From Phoronis australis (taxonomy: Eukaryota > Animalia > Phoronida): a stretch of 64,000 nt of DNA. The stretch lies in contig NMRA01000604.1 of NCBI GenBank assembly GCA_002633005.1, forward strand, positions 101,955 to 165,954, read 5' to 3'. The notes beneath the pieces are model-generated. The model saw nothing but the letters and a program-made list of their open reading frames with translations. It had not been told where the DNA came from and ran no database searches. A program made the translations under genes and the position numbers. Each line of letters begins with the position of its first letter. The stretch's first letter is position 1. Below are positions 46,101 through 59,300 of this stretch, piece after piece.

Positions 46101-48219
46101 ATACTAGAAACTGAAAATTATCTCTGAGTGAATAACATGTACTCTGAATTGGCGAGTCTGGAAATCATGGAGTTGGGCGCACAACTTACCATGGTTACTG
46201 AAGCCATGTTGACATGAACCAAATCCCAGAGTTTCTGTAAGATAAAAAAATAAGGTTTGACAAAACAAAAGGAAAAAACAGAAATCAATAAAATCAAAAT
46301 GTGTGCAACAGATGTTTGTCTACAAGTACTTATCACGCAAACCAGGAACATCTCCAAAATCCAGTACCCACTATTTCTGCTAAAAAATCACCCAGTTTGT
46401 GTTACACTGGTGATCAACTGATAAACAGTAAAAAAATCCCACAGTCTCTACCCTCATCCTCCATGGCAACGTAATTGTTATTTTCAAACTACTGTTTCCC
46501 AACAAAGTTCTGTACTCATTGACTGGCTGCCAAAAGACAAGCATAAACCCAGTTACAACCGTGTTGTCAATCCAAGTTTGTGGTGACAGGCACTTTACTA
46601 GTTGGTCAAGTCACGCAGAATCCATGAACAAGGTTTGAAAACAAAAATCTGATAAAAAGATTAGTGGTCACTGGAACTCAACTTGCCAGACACCAAGTTG
46701 GAGTACCCATGTCACCAGCACTGCATTGCAACAAAACACAAGTTTACTTCGACTTTTTACAACCAAATTCCTCAGACACAAACCTTGCTGGGTATTTCCA
46801 GGAAGTACTCTGGATAGTCGTACATAACTCCTACATTATTGATTAGTATCCCTATCTCATCAATCTCGCTGTCTTCTTGAATCTTCTTCCTTATCAAGTC
46901 GTACACCTCTGGACCCTCGGAGAAGTCGGCCACGATAACTTTGACTATCACATTGTGTTTGGAACCTGGTATTAAGTACAAATCTGCCGTTACAGTAGTG
47001 ACACGATGGAAAGGTGTAAAAAGCCTTGAGTCAATTGCTTCAATAATTCCAAATCCTTTGAACCACAATTCCACTGCTGGGTTTCCACAGTATCATGGAT
47101 GTGCTACCTTGTTTCTCCTGTTTGTTTTAAAAATTATTATGAAAGCATGTTACTCAACATCTTTATAAGAAATAACTCAGATTTTAATTCTATAGCATCA
47201 TAATCAGAGAACCACCGTTTAGTGAGCTGTCTCATCGACTAAAGCTCAATTACACTCACTATCTTCAACCCCTACTCACATAAGTGCTGAGCCAACTCAG
47301 TCAAGCGAGCTTGAGATCGACTGATGATAACAACATTGACACCGTTTTTCGCCAGTTCCTCGGCGAAGGCGCGGCCCACACCCTCTGAAGCACCGGTCAC
47401 CACTACAAAACATATAAAGAGAACAAGCATTTGTCACAGCATGAACAAATTGTCCCAATAGGTGGCACTTCGGGAGTAACCATTTTCAAGGCTATGATTT
47501 TATCTGCTAATGAATTACAAGAGCCTGAAGAATATCGTTGCAAAACAATATTTCCAGAACTTAATTATAATTGCAAAAATTTTCAAATAACAAAAATTTG
47601 CTTTAAACTTTGAACTTTCATATAGCGCAAAATGTGATGTAGCCTCAACAACATTAGCTAGCTACAGGCCAACACTAATAGGCTTCTGACCTGAGATAGT
47701 GAGATACCACACAAACACTCAACAACATTATCCAAGGTGAACCATTGAGTGCATTGTAAAGCCTGATGGTCAAGGCTGTTAAAAATCGAATGACAGCCAA
47801 TGAAGAACAGAAACTAAAAACCCCTTTTCGTCAGATATCGCATCAACATTTTCTCGCCTTAATCAGGCTTAATCTCGGTCGTTCACTTTCGATTGAAACA
47901 ATAAAAGAAATTCCCTACAGTCTGCATATTCACTAAGCAATACCACCCTCTAATCTCGGTCAGCCCAGTCAAAGAGACGAGTTATGAGTCTGATAATGTC
48001 TTTAGTACCTGCCCATTTTCCATATTTTGCGACAAAATTTCTTCCAAATAATCTTGAAATTCCGTGTATTTTCCCAGTCTTGAAAGCTTGTACACAAAAC
48101 GTTGCACATTTATAAGCAGCAACTGCTGTTCCAAGTACGGCTAACCAATCCTTGTAAGTGGTAAAGACATCTAGACATCGCCGACCCAAGTCACCGACTG
48201 CACGCTGCAAAAACTCCAT
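43054..48219 (-). CDS. HSDL1: HSDL1/HSD17B12-like SDR paralogue (7 exons, 337 aa)
   Basis: Exons (-) 48219-48009, 47402-47280, 46965-46784, 46234-46190, 46048-45932, 44318-44091, 43161-43054; total 1014 nt. KYGKWAVVTGASEGVGRAFAEELA, GILINNVGVMYDYP, KLWDLVHVNMAS, MVERGRGAIINMSS, YAATK, C-terminal KKST. The HSDL1 name is inferred from LWD..VN and YGxWA motifs. Confidence 0.85.
44091..44318 (-). CDS. HSDL1: HSDL1-like exon 6
   Basis: TYVDYFTRALTHEYKNSGVDMLSLIPSYIAT...STGFLPHNVQ. Confidence 0.92.
45775..45850 (+). mobile_element. Degenerate tRNA-derived SINE head
   Basis: gtagctcagagcact...gtggtttgatgccc: eroded A and B boxes. Confidence 0.35.
45932..46048 (-). CDS. HSDL1: HSDL1-like exon 5
   Basis: MTHMFLPQMVERGRGAIINMSSLASVRPGPLVTVYAATK. 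Confidence 0.93.
46190..46234 (-). CDS. HSDL1: HSDL1-like exon 4
   Basis: KLWDLVHVNMASVTM. Confidence 0.9.
46784..46965 (-). CDS. HSDL1: HSDL1-like exon 3
   Basis: SKHNVIVKVIVADFSEG...IGILINNVGVMYDYPEYFLEIPSK. Confidence 0.92.
47280..47402 (-). CDS. HSDL1: HSDL1-like exon 2
   Basis: VVTGASEGVGRAFAEELAKNGVNVVIISRSQARLTELAQHL. Confidence 0.92.
48009..48219 (-). CDS. HSDL1: HSDL1-like exon 1
   Basis: MEFLQRAVG...FVAKYGKWA; gtact donor. Confidence 0.85.
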
Positions 48220-49519
48220 AGCTCTGCGCGCCTTCTGACGATGGAAAATTGTGCTCTCGCGGACAAGAAGTTCCAAAAAAGTATCATGTGACTCCCAAAG
48301 TTTCGTGTTGAGAAACGTGCCGTAATAAATAGTGAAAAACTAAATCAGGTTGGTACACAAATGCCCCTTGTAGATTGGATACTTAAGATTGTCATTGTGT
48401 ACACATCCCTACACAAATTCATTGAGTAAATTAAATCTGGCAGTGACCTCGTTTCTAAGACGCTTATTTTGACATTTTTGTCAGGTCACTCCATCTGCGG
48501 CACCTAGCAGACCCATACTTGCACCGGGATAATAGGCCCACTATTTTATTTGATGTTTTGTGGGGAATTTTTTTTTGTTTTTTTAGTGTTGAGCGATTCA
48601 TAATGTTTCTATACTTTTGCATGATGACACCATGGACACGCAACTTTCATTCGACAGGCCGTAACTTACACTAACCTGATTTGTTCCATTCAGGCAAGTT
48701 TGTGACTGTAGCTTGACCTACATAATGCTGCATAATTCCATTTTGGCCTTGAGGGGCCAACTAATCTGCATAGTGGCAAAGAATTTTGCAGAGTAGTAAG
48801 TCACAGTCGTTCACACACAATAGACATGCAAAGTCAGTGAAAGCAGTTCTTTGTCAACCTTACTCTTATACAACTTTGATTATCCCCTGCGGATCCATGA
48901 ATACCTGTCCCTGAAATGTTCATGACCTAAGTTACCTAAGTACCTATAATTTTAGTTCAAGCCAGTTTCCATGCAAAACATTCAAATCGTTAAAAAGTAG
49001 TTGCACCTTGAACATATTTCAAGCTTATGTCAGCGCAGAAAAAGTTAACGGAATATGTGTGTGTGTGAGTGTGTGTCATAGTTATTTTTAACCCTGGAAA
49101 TACCCAGTCTGTGTAGAGGTGTGCTCTGGTCCATTGGTTGTTAAGTTTTCAAACTTTCAGTTTCAGTCACATGATGTGTGTATCCGTTTAAGAAATTCTG
49201 TCCAGGAGTATAGGTATTTTAATCAATCTTGGTGATTAAAGCACCTGTTTGGAATTTTTGTAAAAAGATTTTTACATCTTTACAATAACAGATGCTGGTG
49301 TTAGTTTTTTCAAATGTCAAGTCAAGAATTTTGTGGGTGCTTGGATTCCGTTGAGGAATTTGGATTTGAATTTGGATTTGGATTTACTGCTCTTGGCTCA
49401 TGTGACTAGAAGTTCTTCCTGCTTTTCAGCTTAAATGTGTTAGAAAGTTATAACTTTTAGAGATTGAATTTAGTTCGTAGTCAAGGGCATTGCTCATTGT
49501 TCATTGTCTAAGCATTGAA
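48220..49519. promoter_or_regulatory. Head-to-head promoter region between the HSDL1-like and DRAM-like genes, with M-box/CLEAR-like sites
   Basis: Divergent starts 1.3 kb apart; TCATGTGAC at 48284 and 49398, GTCACATGA at 49166. Confidence 0.5.
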
Positions 49520-49553
49520 ATGGATTTCCCAATAACTGCTGTGAAAGATTCGG
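49520..49553 (+). CDS. DRAM2: DRAM alternative first coding exon (MDFPITAVKDS)
   Basis: ATG 49520, strong donor G|GTAAGT at 49554, phase 1 fits the acceptor at 50242/50243. Confidence 0.55.
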
Positions 49554-49998
49554 GTAAGTTTATTGAATTTTTTTATTCTCAGTTATTACATTCTAGAAAT
49601 CAGTGGTATGCAGTTTTGTTATGTTTATGAAAATGCCAGGCAGTTTTCTTATATTTTACAAACTGTTTATAATTGTTAAGTGAGTGATTATAAGTAATTA
49701 TGTCTATCCTTCCCTTATAGTTATGAATGACTTGTGATAACTGTAAAAAGTTTCATACGGTTACACAAATTGTGCACCTCCATGACACAAAATTACCATC
49801 ATTATGTTGATTTCACAATGCTGGTACATTTTCTTTGCGCCGAGACATATTTGCCACATCATAAAACATTTCTGTATAGCAGTCGGTCCACGCATTTGTC
49901 ATTTGAAGCCATTAGACAAAGCTGACTGCATGCTATGTTACTTTTGACTTGAGAAGTGTTATTGCCTGAGCTTCGTTGGATTACTGGCCACTAATTAT

Positions 49999-50390
49999 AT
50001 GACCAGCCCAGTTAAGATGGATACTGAGTCAAGTGAAGAGATGGAAATGTCACAAATCAATGGTGGAGAAAGCAAGAATGATACTTTGGATCAGAAAGCA
50101 AGTTCTCCTGAAAAAATAAAAGAAAGTGACCTGGCGGCAACTGACCCCAAGGGTTGTGTGCAGTCAGTCCGCGAATGGAGCTCAAGACAGTTTTTTGAAT
50201 TCCTCAGTTTTGTCAAACAGTTGTATTTTTTCTTGATTGAAGGTGACGGATACGCTCCCAGGATGTGCCTAGGACCGGGATTTGGATTCTTGCCTATTAC
50301 TCTTGGCATTCTGTCGGTCGGAACCTTTATTGCCACATACATCATAGCTATCTTGAATGGCCATGTGGTCCCTTTCTTTCCATACATCAG
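49999..50390 (+). CDS. DRAM2: DRAM exon with TM1 (long N-terminal form; core starts 50243)
   Basis: ...GFGFLPITLGILSVGTFIATYIIAILNGHVVPFFPYIS; gtaatt donor. Confidence 0.85.
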
Positions 50391-53300
50391 GTAATTAACT
50401 GGAAGACTATGCTTGCCTTGTATAGTTCAGAGCTTTGAAGAAGTATAATACTAATCGAGCAACCAATCAAATCTACTTTTGTTTATTGACGACAGGTTCG
50501 GCTACAAACTATTGTTATTTTTAAGGAAGGTATCTACTAGTAATTTCCAGGAAGTTGAAATACAACGCATAATACATACAATTATTTGTTGAGCATTTAC
50601 GTCACCTTATTACTTTGAATGAAATCACCAACCTTCTGTAGGGGATAATCCCATCTGAAACTAAATTCTTTCGTACAGCTTAATTGTAACAGTACAAGAA
50701 GAGATTTCATGTTGGCAGCTATGGGTACATCTTTTGTTTCTTTTTTATATGTAGATATTAAAATTCCTGTACTAGATTTGTGTAGTCTGAAAAAAGATTT
50801 TTGTGTAAAGTTTCAAACTCCGAAATGAACCATTTTGATTTGAATTTTGCCAGAAAAGGCATCCATTCGTAGCGAAGCTGACTGAGTCACGTGTCAAAAG
50901 TGACCCTTATGAGTGTGAATGACATGTTACATACAGGGATTAACCCCAAATTTTGGATAAGGTATTTCATTATCTTCATTTACTCTACAAAATTATAACT
51001 TTATATTGCTAAGTCTTTAAGTTGTAGTCGGCTCAATTATAAATTGGCAAGAAACATTTTCAAGTTCCACATAACATAGGCATTGTGAAACCTGGATCAA
51101 AATTATTTTGGAAGTAGACAGCATCCTTGACATGTATTTTGTGCTGTGGAATTGGATTTATTTATTAGATTATAACATCACTTATTGAATTGTTTGATTT
51201 CCTTACAGTGACACTGGTACTAAGGTGCCTGAAAGCTGCGTTTTTGGGGAATTTTTAAATATCGCTGGATTCTTGGGTAAGTAATCAGAATTTGAAAATC
51301 CTTAAACTCTGCAATTTTTTATTTTGATATCAAACAGTTTTCTCTACCTTTCCAACATATAAAATCAACGTTTCGAGGCTGCCACAAACCTCGCATTTTT
51401 TTATTTTACTTCAATACTTTGTGTTCAACAAATGGTTAATATTGCAAAGGAGGTTTGCTTGTGTGGTGAGAGTTACAGCAAATTTCTGGGAAAAATAACC
51501 CGCTGAAGTATTCCCACAGCTGGCTAAACGCATGAACACTTCTTCACTAAGTGCTTCATATTATTCTCTCCATCAATGGTTTTCCATGTTCCACCACCTG
51601 CATGTTGGTTACATTCATGATACCGTACTAGCCCACACTGTGGTGGCGTTATAATTGATTTCAACTGCTGCTCAGGCTTATTATGGTTTTTGACTGTCAT
51701 GGCTAACTTAATGGTATGAGAAGCTAGGAAAATGTCAAAATTTGGGATTCAATTGAATACAATTTATGTGCGCTGTTGTGTAAAACACTACAGGCTTATT
51801 TTTCAAATGCCTACTTCTGTAATTATAACATTTGATTCCTATGACTATGTGAACGTTTTGATTTTTATGTTAAAAGTCGCATCAAATGAAAGGGTAAAGA
51901 TTGTAATGTGACGGCGTCTTTGAGATGTCAGTTTGATTGTTTAATTGAAACTGATGTGTTTTGTGAATGTGCTTTTCCCAAACAATTTAAATGATTAACT
52001 TGGTCACATGATCCTGTCAATGGCAGATTAATGTCAAGCCTAGAAATTGAATTCTACATCATTTCTATTTTCTGCAAGGATACACCATGTAGTATTTTCT
52101 AAATTATGAGACATATAGTTGCAAGTTTACTCTTACAGTTCAGTTAGATATTGTGTTTGCATCTAGTAAAATGAACACTGACGAGCCATTGGTAGCGTAA
52201 AAGTTTTCCTGACATCGCTAAATTTTCTTTAAATTCGAACAAAAGTAATTGCTAAAATTGTCATTTTCCTGCTTCAAAACCTCATTATATTATTGCTAAA
52301 GTGGTGAGAATTTTGTAATTTGTGTTCATTCATGATTGTTGTGTCAAAGGCTTAATTCTAAGTGAAGTACATTTCTATTTCTGTGTTTATTAAGAAATGA
52401 TTTCATGTAAAATTTAATTATTTGCCTATGGTCAAATTAGGCGCAAAACTGACGATTCTTTTTTGCATCATATATTTTTTGTGAGTTGGAACTCTGGAAG
52501 TTTATTGGTCTTTCTGTGTCACATGAATTTCATGACATGAAGGCCATAGTAATCAACTTTGAAAATTGAAATTTAATAAGACCCGATGGATGACCTTGCC
52601 ATAAGATATAAATGTCAAATTTCTTTTGATCAAAAACAATTTTTGTGGTTAATCATACGCATAATGTAGGCCTGTATGAGAGTAAATTAACATAATCGTG
52701 GACTGGATGTCCTGTGGCCACCCCGCTCACTATAGGCATGATCTCCCGTATTTATGTTGTTTCTTCCACTGCTATTTTTGTTCATCATATTTCAGCTTTT
52801 TTTACGATGTATGTACGCTACAAACTCGTTCAGGAGTTCTGTCGTGACACTGACTCTAAAGTGTGCAAGACTAACAAGGCAGCTCTTATCATTGGTTTGT
52901 TTTGCGCCCTTGGAATGACATTGGTTGGCAACTTTCAGGTACGTAAAATAAAGCGATTGTTAAGCCACGCACGATTCATTGAAAAAAATTACTAATATTT
53001 TTTATAGCAAATGAAATTTGTTCTTAATTGATGCCATATTTTGTATATAGGCATTTGTTAATAGTGCATAAATGTTTTCATAATAATGTACCAGCTTATT
53101 TGTCTCATAACTTATTACTGGTCCAAAACAGCCACCAAATCAGGACCACATTTTCTTCCTCGAGCAATTTTGTTGTTACCAGACACAGAACTTCGTAATA
53201 CTCCCAGTCCTTTTTATTTAAGCCATTGTAGAATGGAACGATTTTCCAAATAGCCTGAAGAAGGCGTATGGTTATGATGACTTCAGGCACAATTCATTAC

Positions 53301-56300
53301 TTTCTTTTGGATGTTGTCGTCATAACTGTCCCTCCCTTCTTGTCAGTCATTTGCCCTCTCTAGAATTCATTGTATATCTCATATAGAAGTTTTGATTCAT
53401 TTTTAATTCAATTTCTAAATTTAATTTGTAAATATTCATTTAATTGAATTAAATTTAATTTAATTTAAGGGCTGTTCCAGCAAAATCTGTGTGGGAGGGG
53501 GGGGGAAGGCAACTGAAATAAAAATTTATGGGTGGTTGCGTTTGATTTAAATTCAAAATGGCTGGTGGTCGTACTTCAAAAAATATAAAATTTACAGGTC
53601 GTTGTTGTTTCATTGGACCATAAATGTTTGATGGTGGGTAATTTTAGTAAATTTTATAAACAATCTGCACAGAATCAAAAACTGAAACAAAAATGCAACT
53701 TGCAAAAAGCTCCGACTTTTTCACTCCCTCCGATCTCCTCATCGGCATGCCCATAACACCATTTAACCACAGGTGCTCGAATTTCTCGATGGCTAATAAC
53801 CATGTATAAGAAACATAATTATGTTTTCCTAGTAATGAATGGCGTTAGTGGTGATGGAGGAACAGATAAACTCAAGCGCCTGTGCAGTCAACCACAAGAA
53901 CAAAAAAAAAATTACGGGTGGTTGCATTTGAAACTTATAAAAAATTACGGGTGGTAGGCTGAAGAAATAAATGAAAAATATGGGTGGTGGGTGCAAAAAA
54001 AAGGTGCCTTCCCCCCCTCCCATACAGATTTTACTGGAACAGCCCTAATTAATTTAATCTAATTTATTGCTGTAAGAGGACTATGCTGTTAGCCTTTGAC
54101 TAAAGCGTGTTTTAAATTCTGTTTTATCCTGTAGAAATAAAGTTTATTATTATTGTTATTATTANATATTCATGATATCATACTTGGCCACACTGTGGTG
54201 GCGTTGTAATTGATCTCAACTGGTGCTCAGGCTTATTATGGTTTTTGACTGTCACGGCTAACTTAATGGTATGAGGAGCTAGGAAAATGTCAAAATTTGG
54301 GATTCAATCGAATACAATTTATGTGCGCTGTTGTGTAAAACACTACAGGCTTATTATTATAACGTTTGATTTCTATGACTATGCGAACGTTTTAATTTTT
54401 ATGATAAATGTTGCGTCAAATTAAAGAGAAAAGATTGTAATATGACGGCGTCTTTGAGATTTCAGTTTGATTGTTTAGTTCAAAGAAAAATTGTTCGTGT
54501 CATTGAAACTGATGTGTTTTGCGAATGTGCTTTTCTCAAACAATTTAAATGTTTTACTAACTTGGTCACATGACCCTATCAGTGGCAGATTAGTGTCAAG
54601 CCTATAAATTGAATTCTACATCCTTTCTATTTTCTGCAAATAATGAAAAATGATACATTTTTTTGTTTTGTTTACTAAACCAAGAACATAATTAGTGTAG
54701 GATACATCAGGTAGTATTTTCTAAATTATGAGACATATAGTTGCAAGTTTACCACTACGGTTCATTTGCATCTAGTAAAATGAACACTGACGAGCTATTG
54801 ATAGCGTAAAAGTTTTCCTTACATCGCTAAATTTTCTTTAAATTCGAACAAAAGTAATTGCTAAAATTGTCATTTTCCTGCTTCAAAACCTCACTATATT
54901 ATTGCTAAAGTGGTGAGAATTTCGTAATTTGTGTTCATTCATGATTGTTGTGTCAAAGGCTTAATTCTAAGTGAAGTACATTTCTATAAATTCTGTGTTT
55001 ATTAAGAAATGATTTCATGTAAAATTTAATCATGTGGTCAAATTAGGCTCAAAACTGACGATTCTTTTTTGCATCATATATTTTTTGTGAGTTGGAACTC
55101 TGGAAGTTTATTGGTCTTTCTGTGTCACATGAATTTCATGACATGAAGGCCATAGTAATCAACTTTGAAAGTTGAAATTTAATAAGATCTGATTGACGAC
55201 TTTGCCATAAGATATAAATGTTGTCAAATTTCTTTTGATCGAAAAAAAAATTTGTGGTTAGTCATACGCATAATGTAAGCCTGTATGAGAGTAAATTAAC
55301 ATAATTGTGGACTGAATGTCCTGTGGCCACCCCGCTCACTATAGGCATGATCTGCCGTGTTTAGGTTGTTTCTTCCACTGCTATTTTTGTTCATCGTGTT
55401 TCAGCTTTTTTTACGATGTATGTACGCTACAAACTCGTTCAGGAGTTCTGTCGTGACACCGACTCTAAAGTGTGCAAGACTAACAAGGCAGCTCTTATCA
55501 TTGGTTTGTTTTGCGCCCTTGGAATGACATTGGTTGGCAACTTTCAGGTACGTAAAATAAAGCGATTGTTAACCCACGCACGTTTCATTGAAAAAAATTA
55601 CTAATATTTTTTATAGCAAATGAAATTTGTTCTTAATTGATGCCATTGTTTTGTATATAGGCATTTGTGAATAGTGCATAAATGTTTTTACAATAATGTA
55701 CCAGCTTTAATTATTTGTCTCATAACTTATTACTGGTCCGAAACAGCCACCAAATCAGGACCACGTTTTCTTCCTCAAGCAGTTTTGTTGTTACCAGACA
55801 CAGAACTTCGTAATACTCCCAGTTCTTTTTATTTAAGCCATTGTTGAATGGAACGATTTTCCAAATAGCCTGAAGAGGGCGTATGGTTATGATGACTTCA
55901 GGCACAATTCATTACTTTCTTGTGGATGTTGTCGTCATAACTGTCCCTCCCTTCTTGTCAGTCATTTGCCCTCTCTAGAATTCATTGTATGTCTCATATA
56001 GAAGTTTTGATTCATTTTTAATTCAATTTTTAAATTTAATTTGTAAATATGGATTTAATTGATTTAAAATTAATCTAATTTAATTAATTTAATATAATTT
56101 ATTGCTGTAAGAGGACTATGCTGTTAGCCTTTGGCTAAAGCGTGTTTTAAATTCTGTTTTATCCTGTAGAAATAAAGTTTATTATTATTGTTATTATTAT
56201 TATTAATGTAATTATGTTTTCCTATCAATGTACCTTTCTTTTTTGTTAAATTTTACTAACAAACATGGTCATGTGACTCAATTAATGGCAAATTGGTAAA

Positions 56301-59300
56301 AAGTCAAAAATCAAAATTCTACATACTTTGTACTTTCAGAAAACTTATGTATTTACTGATTGAAAATCTAGAGTTTTGCAGAGTACACAGAGTTATCTAG
56401 AAGATCCTGCACAACCTTGCAGTAAAAAGTCTTCAATTTCAAACAAAAATAATTGCAAAATTGCCATATTTCTATTTTTCAGAGGCTTTCCGCATTGTTG
56501 CAAATGCTCAAAATTTTACCAAAATAGTGTCTTGTTATAGCTACGTTGTGCAAACCATGCTAAAAGCAAAGTAAATTTTCCTGAAGTTGTTTTTGTTGAG
56601 AAACTTGTCAAAATGAGATTTCATCTGTCCGCCATATTGTCTCCCACAGTGACTAATGTTTGCCATAATCAGTGTCCATGTCTACCCTGCAGGAGACAAA
56701 TGTTGAGCCAGTGCATATACTGGGAGCGGCCCTAGTCTTTGCTGGTGGCTGTCTCTACAGCTTCCTTCATGTCTTCATCTCCTACAGAATGTATCCAACA
56801 TACTGCGGTGTGTTTGTCTGTAGGTGGCGCCTTGGGCTGGCTATTGTCTCTGTCATCTTCATGTCGTCAGGTGAGTGCCGTGTTGAGATTACTTGTCACA
56901 TTTCACATCAAACTTAGCTGATGTGCTTTTATTTTGTTTGTTGACTTTTAAATTTTAGACCACAACATCCTGTGAGGTTGTCGTCTTGAGTTAAGACCTT
57001 TTCTAACTTGAGTTAAGTTTGCCACAGTGGAGTATGTACATTTGAGCATCAACTTTAGTACTCAACGAACATCTATGTTAATGCCTACTGATGCCTGAGT
57101 CAATGAATTTATCGCAATGTGACTGTGATTTAACTGAAATGAAATACTCAATAATACAAAATGTCTGGATGCACTCTTGGGGACTAGAGGTACTACAGAC
57201 AGGACACACGACATGAAACCACATGTCATGTCATTTGTTGAAGAATGACTTATGCTTTGCGTAGGAATTTTGACCATCCTGAGTAGGTGAGATGGCTACT
57301 CTAGACAGTCTGTCATGAATGCTCCACACAAAAGGAAGTTAGATCAATGTTCATGATATCGCGCCTTGAAAGCGTTCATGGTTCCTGTACAAATCTATTG
57401 ACGAAGAACTAAAGGTGCTGTGAAACATGCTGAGTTTGTAAGGTTTCACATGAAGTTGTTTTGTTGTTAATATTTGAATGAATAAAATGCTCAGTACCTA
57501 ATACATACCGCACACACTAATAAATTTCAGGGCAAGATTTGCACACCTCATCATCTCTGGTTGATCATACGTCCAGCCTGAGACTGACTTTGTTCAACTT
57601 ATCTGTTCACCACATGGTTACTGCCAAAATAATGCCATGCCCACATGTGAACTTTAGTGGGATGAATCCTGTGTACTTTTCAAGCAAATTTTTTCTTCAG
57701 TGGAAAAATGTTTGCATTTGTACATGAATTTACCTGGATTTTGAGTTCCACCAAATTTTGCGAGATTAATACCAGGAAAATTATTCATGACGTATGTGGT
57801 TTGTTGATTCAATAAAAATTCAGATCATTTTATGTCATAAAACCACCGGTATTGGCACCTGTGTTGTAATGCACTGACCGTGTAGTGTCAGTGTCTGCCA
57901 ATAGAGGGCGACAACTTTCTTCAATCATTTGGGGACACACCCTGTGTACTGTTTTCCTGAAATATTTCTGGAATTTCAAAATACATGGGAATGGCCCTAT
58001 TGAATACTATACTTTCAGTTACTCGCAGTTTTTTGGTGGAGCCACTGGACAGAATACGCAAACTTAATTATGATGGTATAGTTGAGTATCTGCATATTTC
58101 TTTGTGCAGACCCTTGTCTTAGTGAAGTGCACTACTTTTGAGTTTTCGCCCACTAGTATTGATAGCAATAAATAGGTCAGACAAATATAGGTCAGACAAA
58201 TCAAGGTCATGCTCACATATAAGTGCCCGTTGTTTCAGCATTCATCGCAGGAACGGTAGCCAATGAGCAGTTTGCTGGTTCTGAAAAAACCGGCAGTGAC
58301 AGACTACACTGGGGCCCTGATGATCCTGTAAGTAGCCGTTAAACTAACTTGTTTTGTAATGTTCTGTAAAGCTTTTAATAGGAACCGTTCTCTGGTAGAA
58401 ACCGGATAACATGTATGCTAAAAATGTCCGGTTTCCCACTCAAATACAAGTTACTCTGGGTCTTGTGCGTTTGTGACCTTGGAAGTGATTACAGTCAAAG
58501 TATTAATGTTATGATTAATTAGTGGAAATGGCAGGTCCATGATGGCGTTTTCCCGTTCAGTGACTTTACCAGATGTAGAGGGTTGTGAGCGTGTGATAAC
58601 ATCTAGCTTCTTGTTAACTACCAAGCACAGTCTTTTGTCTGGTATGACAACAGGCAGGCCAATTATCTACCAGGCTTATTACAGACCACGTGTGAACACA
58701 GTCAAACCCAGAGCGAATTGGTAAATTCGAAAAGAATAGATTGTCGTAACTTTGGTTGTAGTTGGGCGATTTTGACGATTCAAAAACTAAACCTGATCAC
58801 CATTTGACGATTATTTCAGAAATGCTGTTGGTTTATGTTCAGATATATTATAACTTAACTTTTATTTTTAACAGCACTGCTCAGTCAGGCTAGGTACGAT
58901 CTTATTGGAGATAAGAGCAATTTTCGAACAAAAGAAAGCTGGCTCTCTAATCATAAATGCCAGAATGTAGTGAATCAGTCATGTAAAGATATTAGTTACA
59001 GGGGTCATCTTCCCAACTTATTTTTGGGCTATAAAATCGAACAAGTTGGGAGCAATGGGAAAATGCCGTAATGTCTTAGAAATGCCTGTCACCAGCGCAG
59101 GACGATTCTGGGGTGTTCCTGAATTGATTCCGATGCCTGGATTTGAGAAAATTTTTGGTAGCCATACACACGCAAAAGGGTTTTATCATAATTATACCTA
59201 TTTTGATTTTGAAAAAATGTAGTTGTTATGTACTGTGCTGTTGACTAAATATTATCAAAACAATATTCATGCGTGTTCTATGGTTAACTACTGAAGTTAT

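Larger units (their letters stand above)
51613..56205 (+). repeat. About 2-kb tandem segmental duplication (51613-54164 / 54166-56205) joined at N 54165
   Basis: Colinear high identity with scattered SNPs and indels; includes one DRAM exon. Confidence 0.92.

Noticed and set aside
53105-53290. Duplicated 61-aa antisense ORF (also 55720-55905)
   Set aside because: Similarity is explained by the segmental duplication; no true ATG start or known motif.
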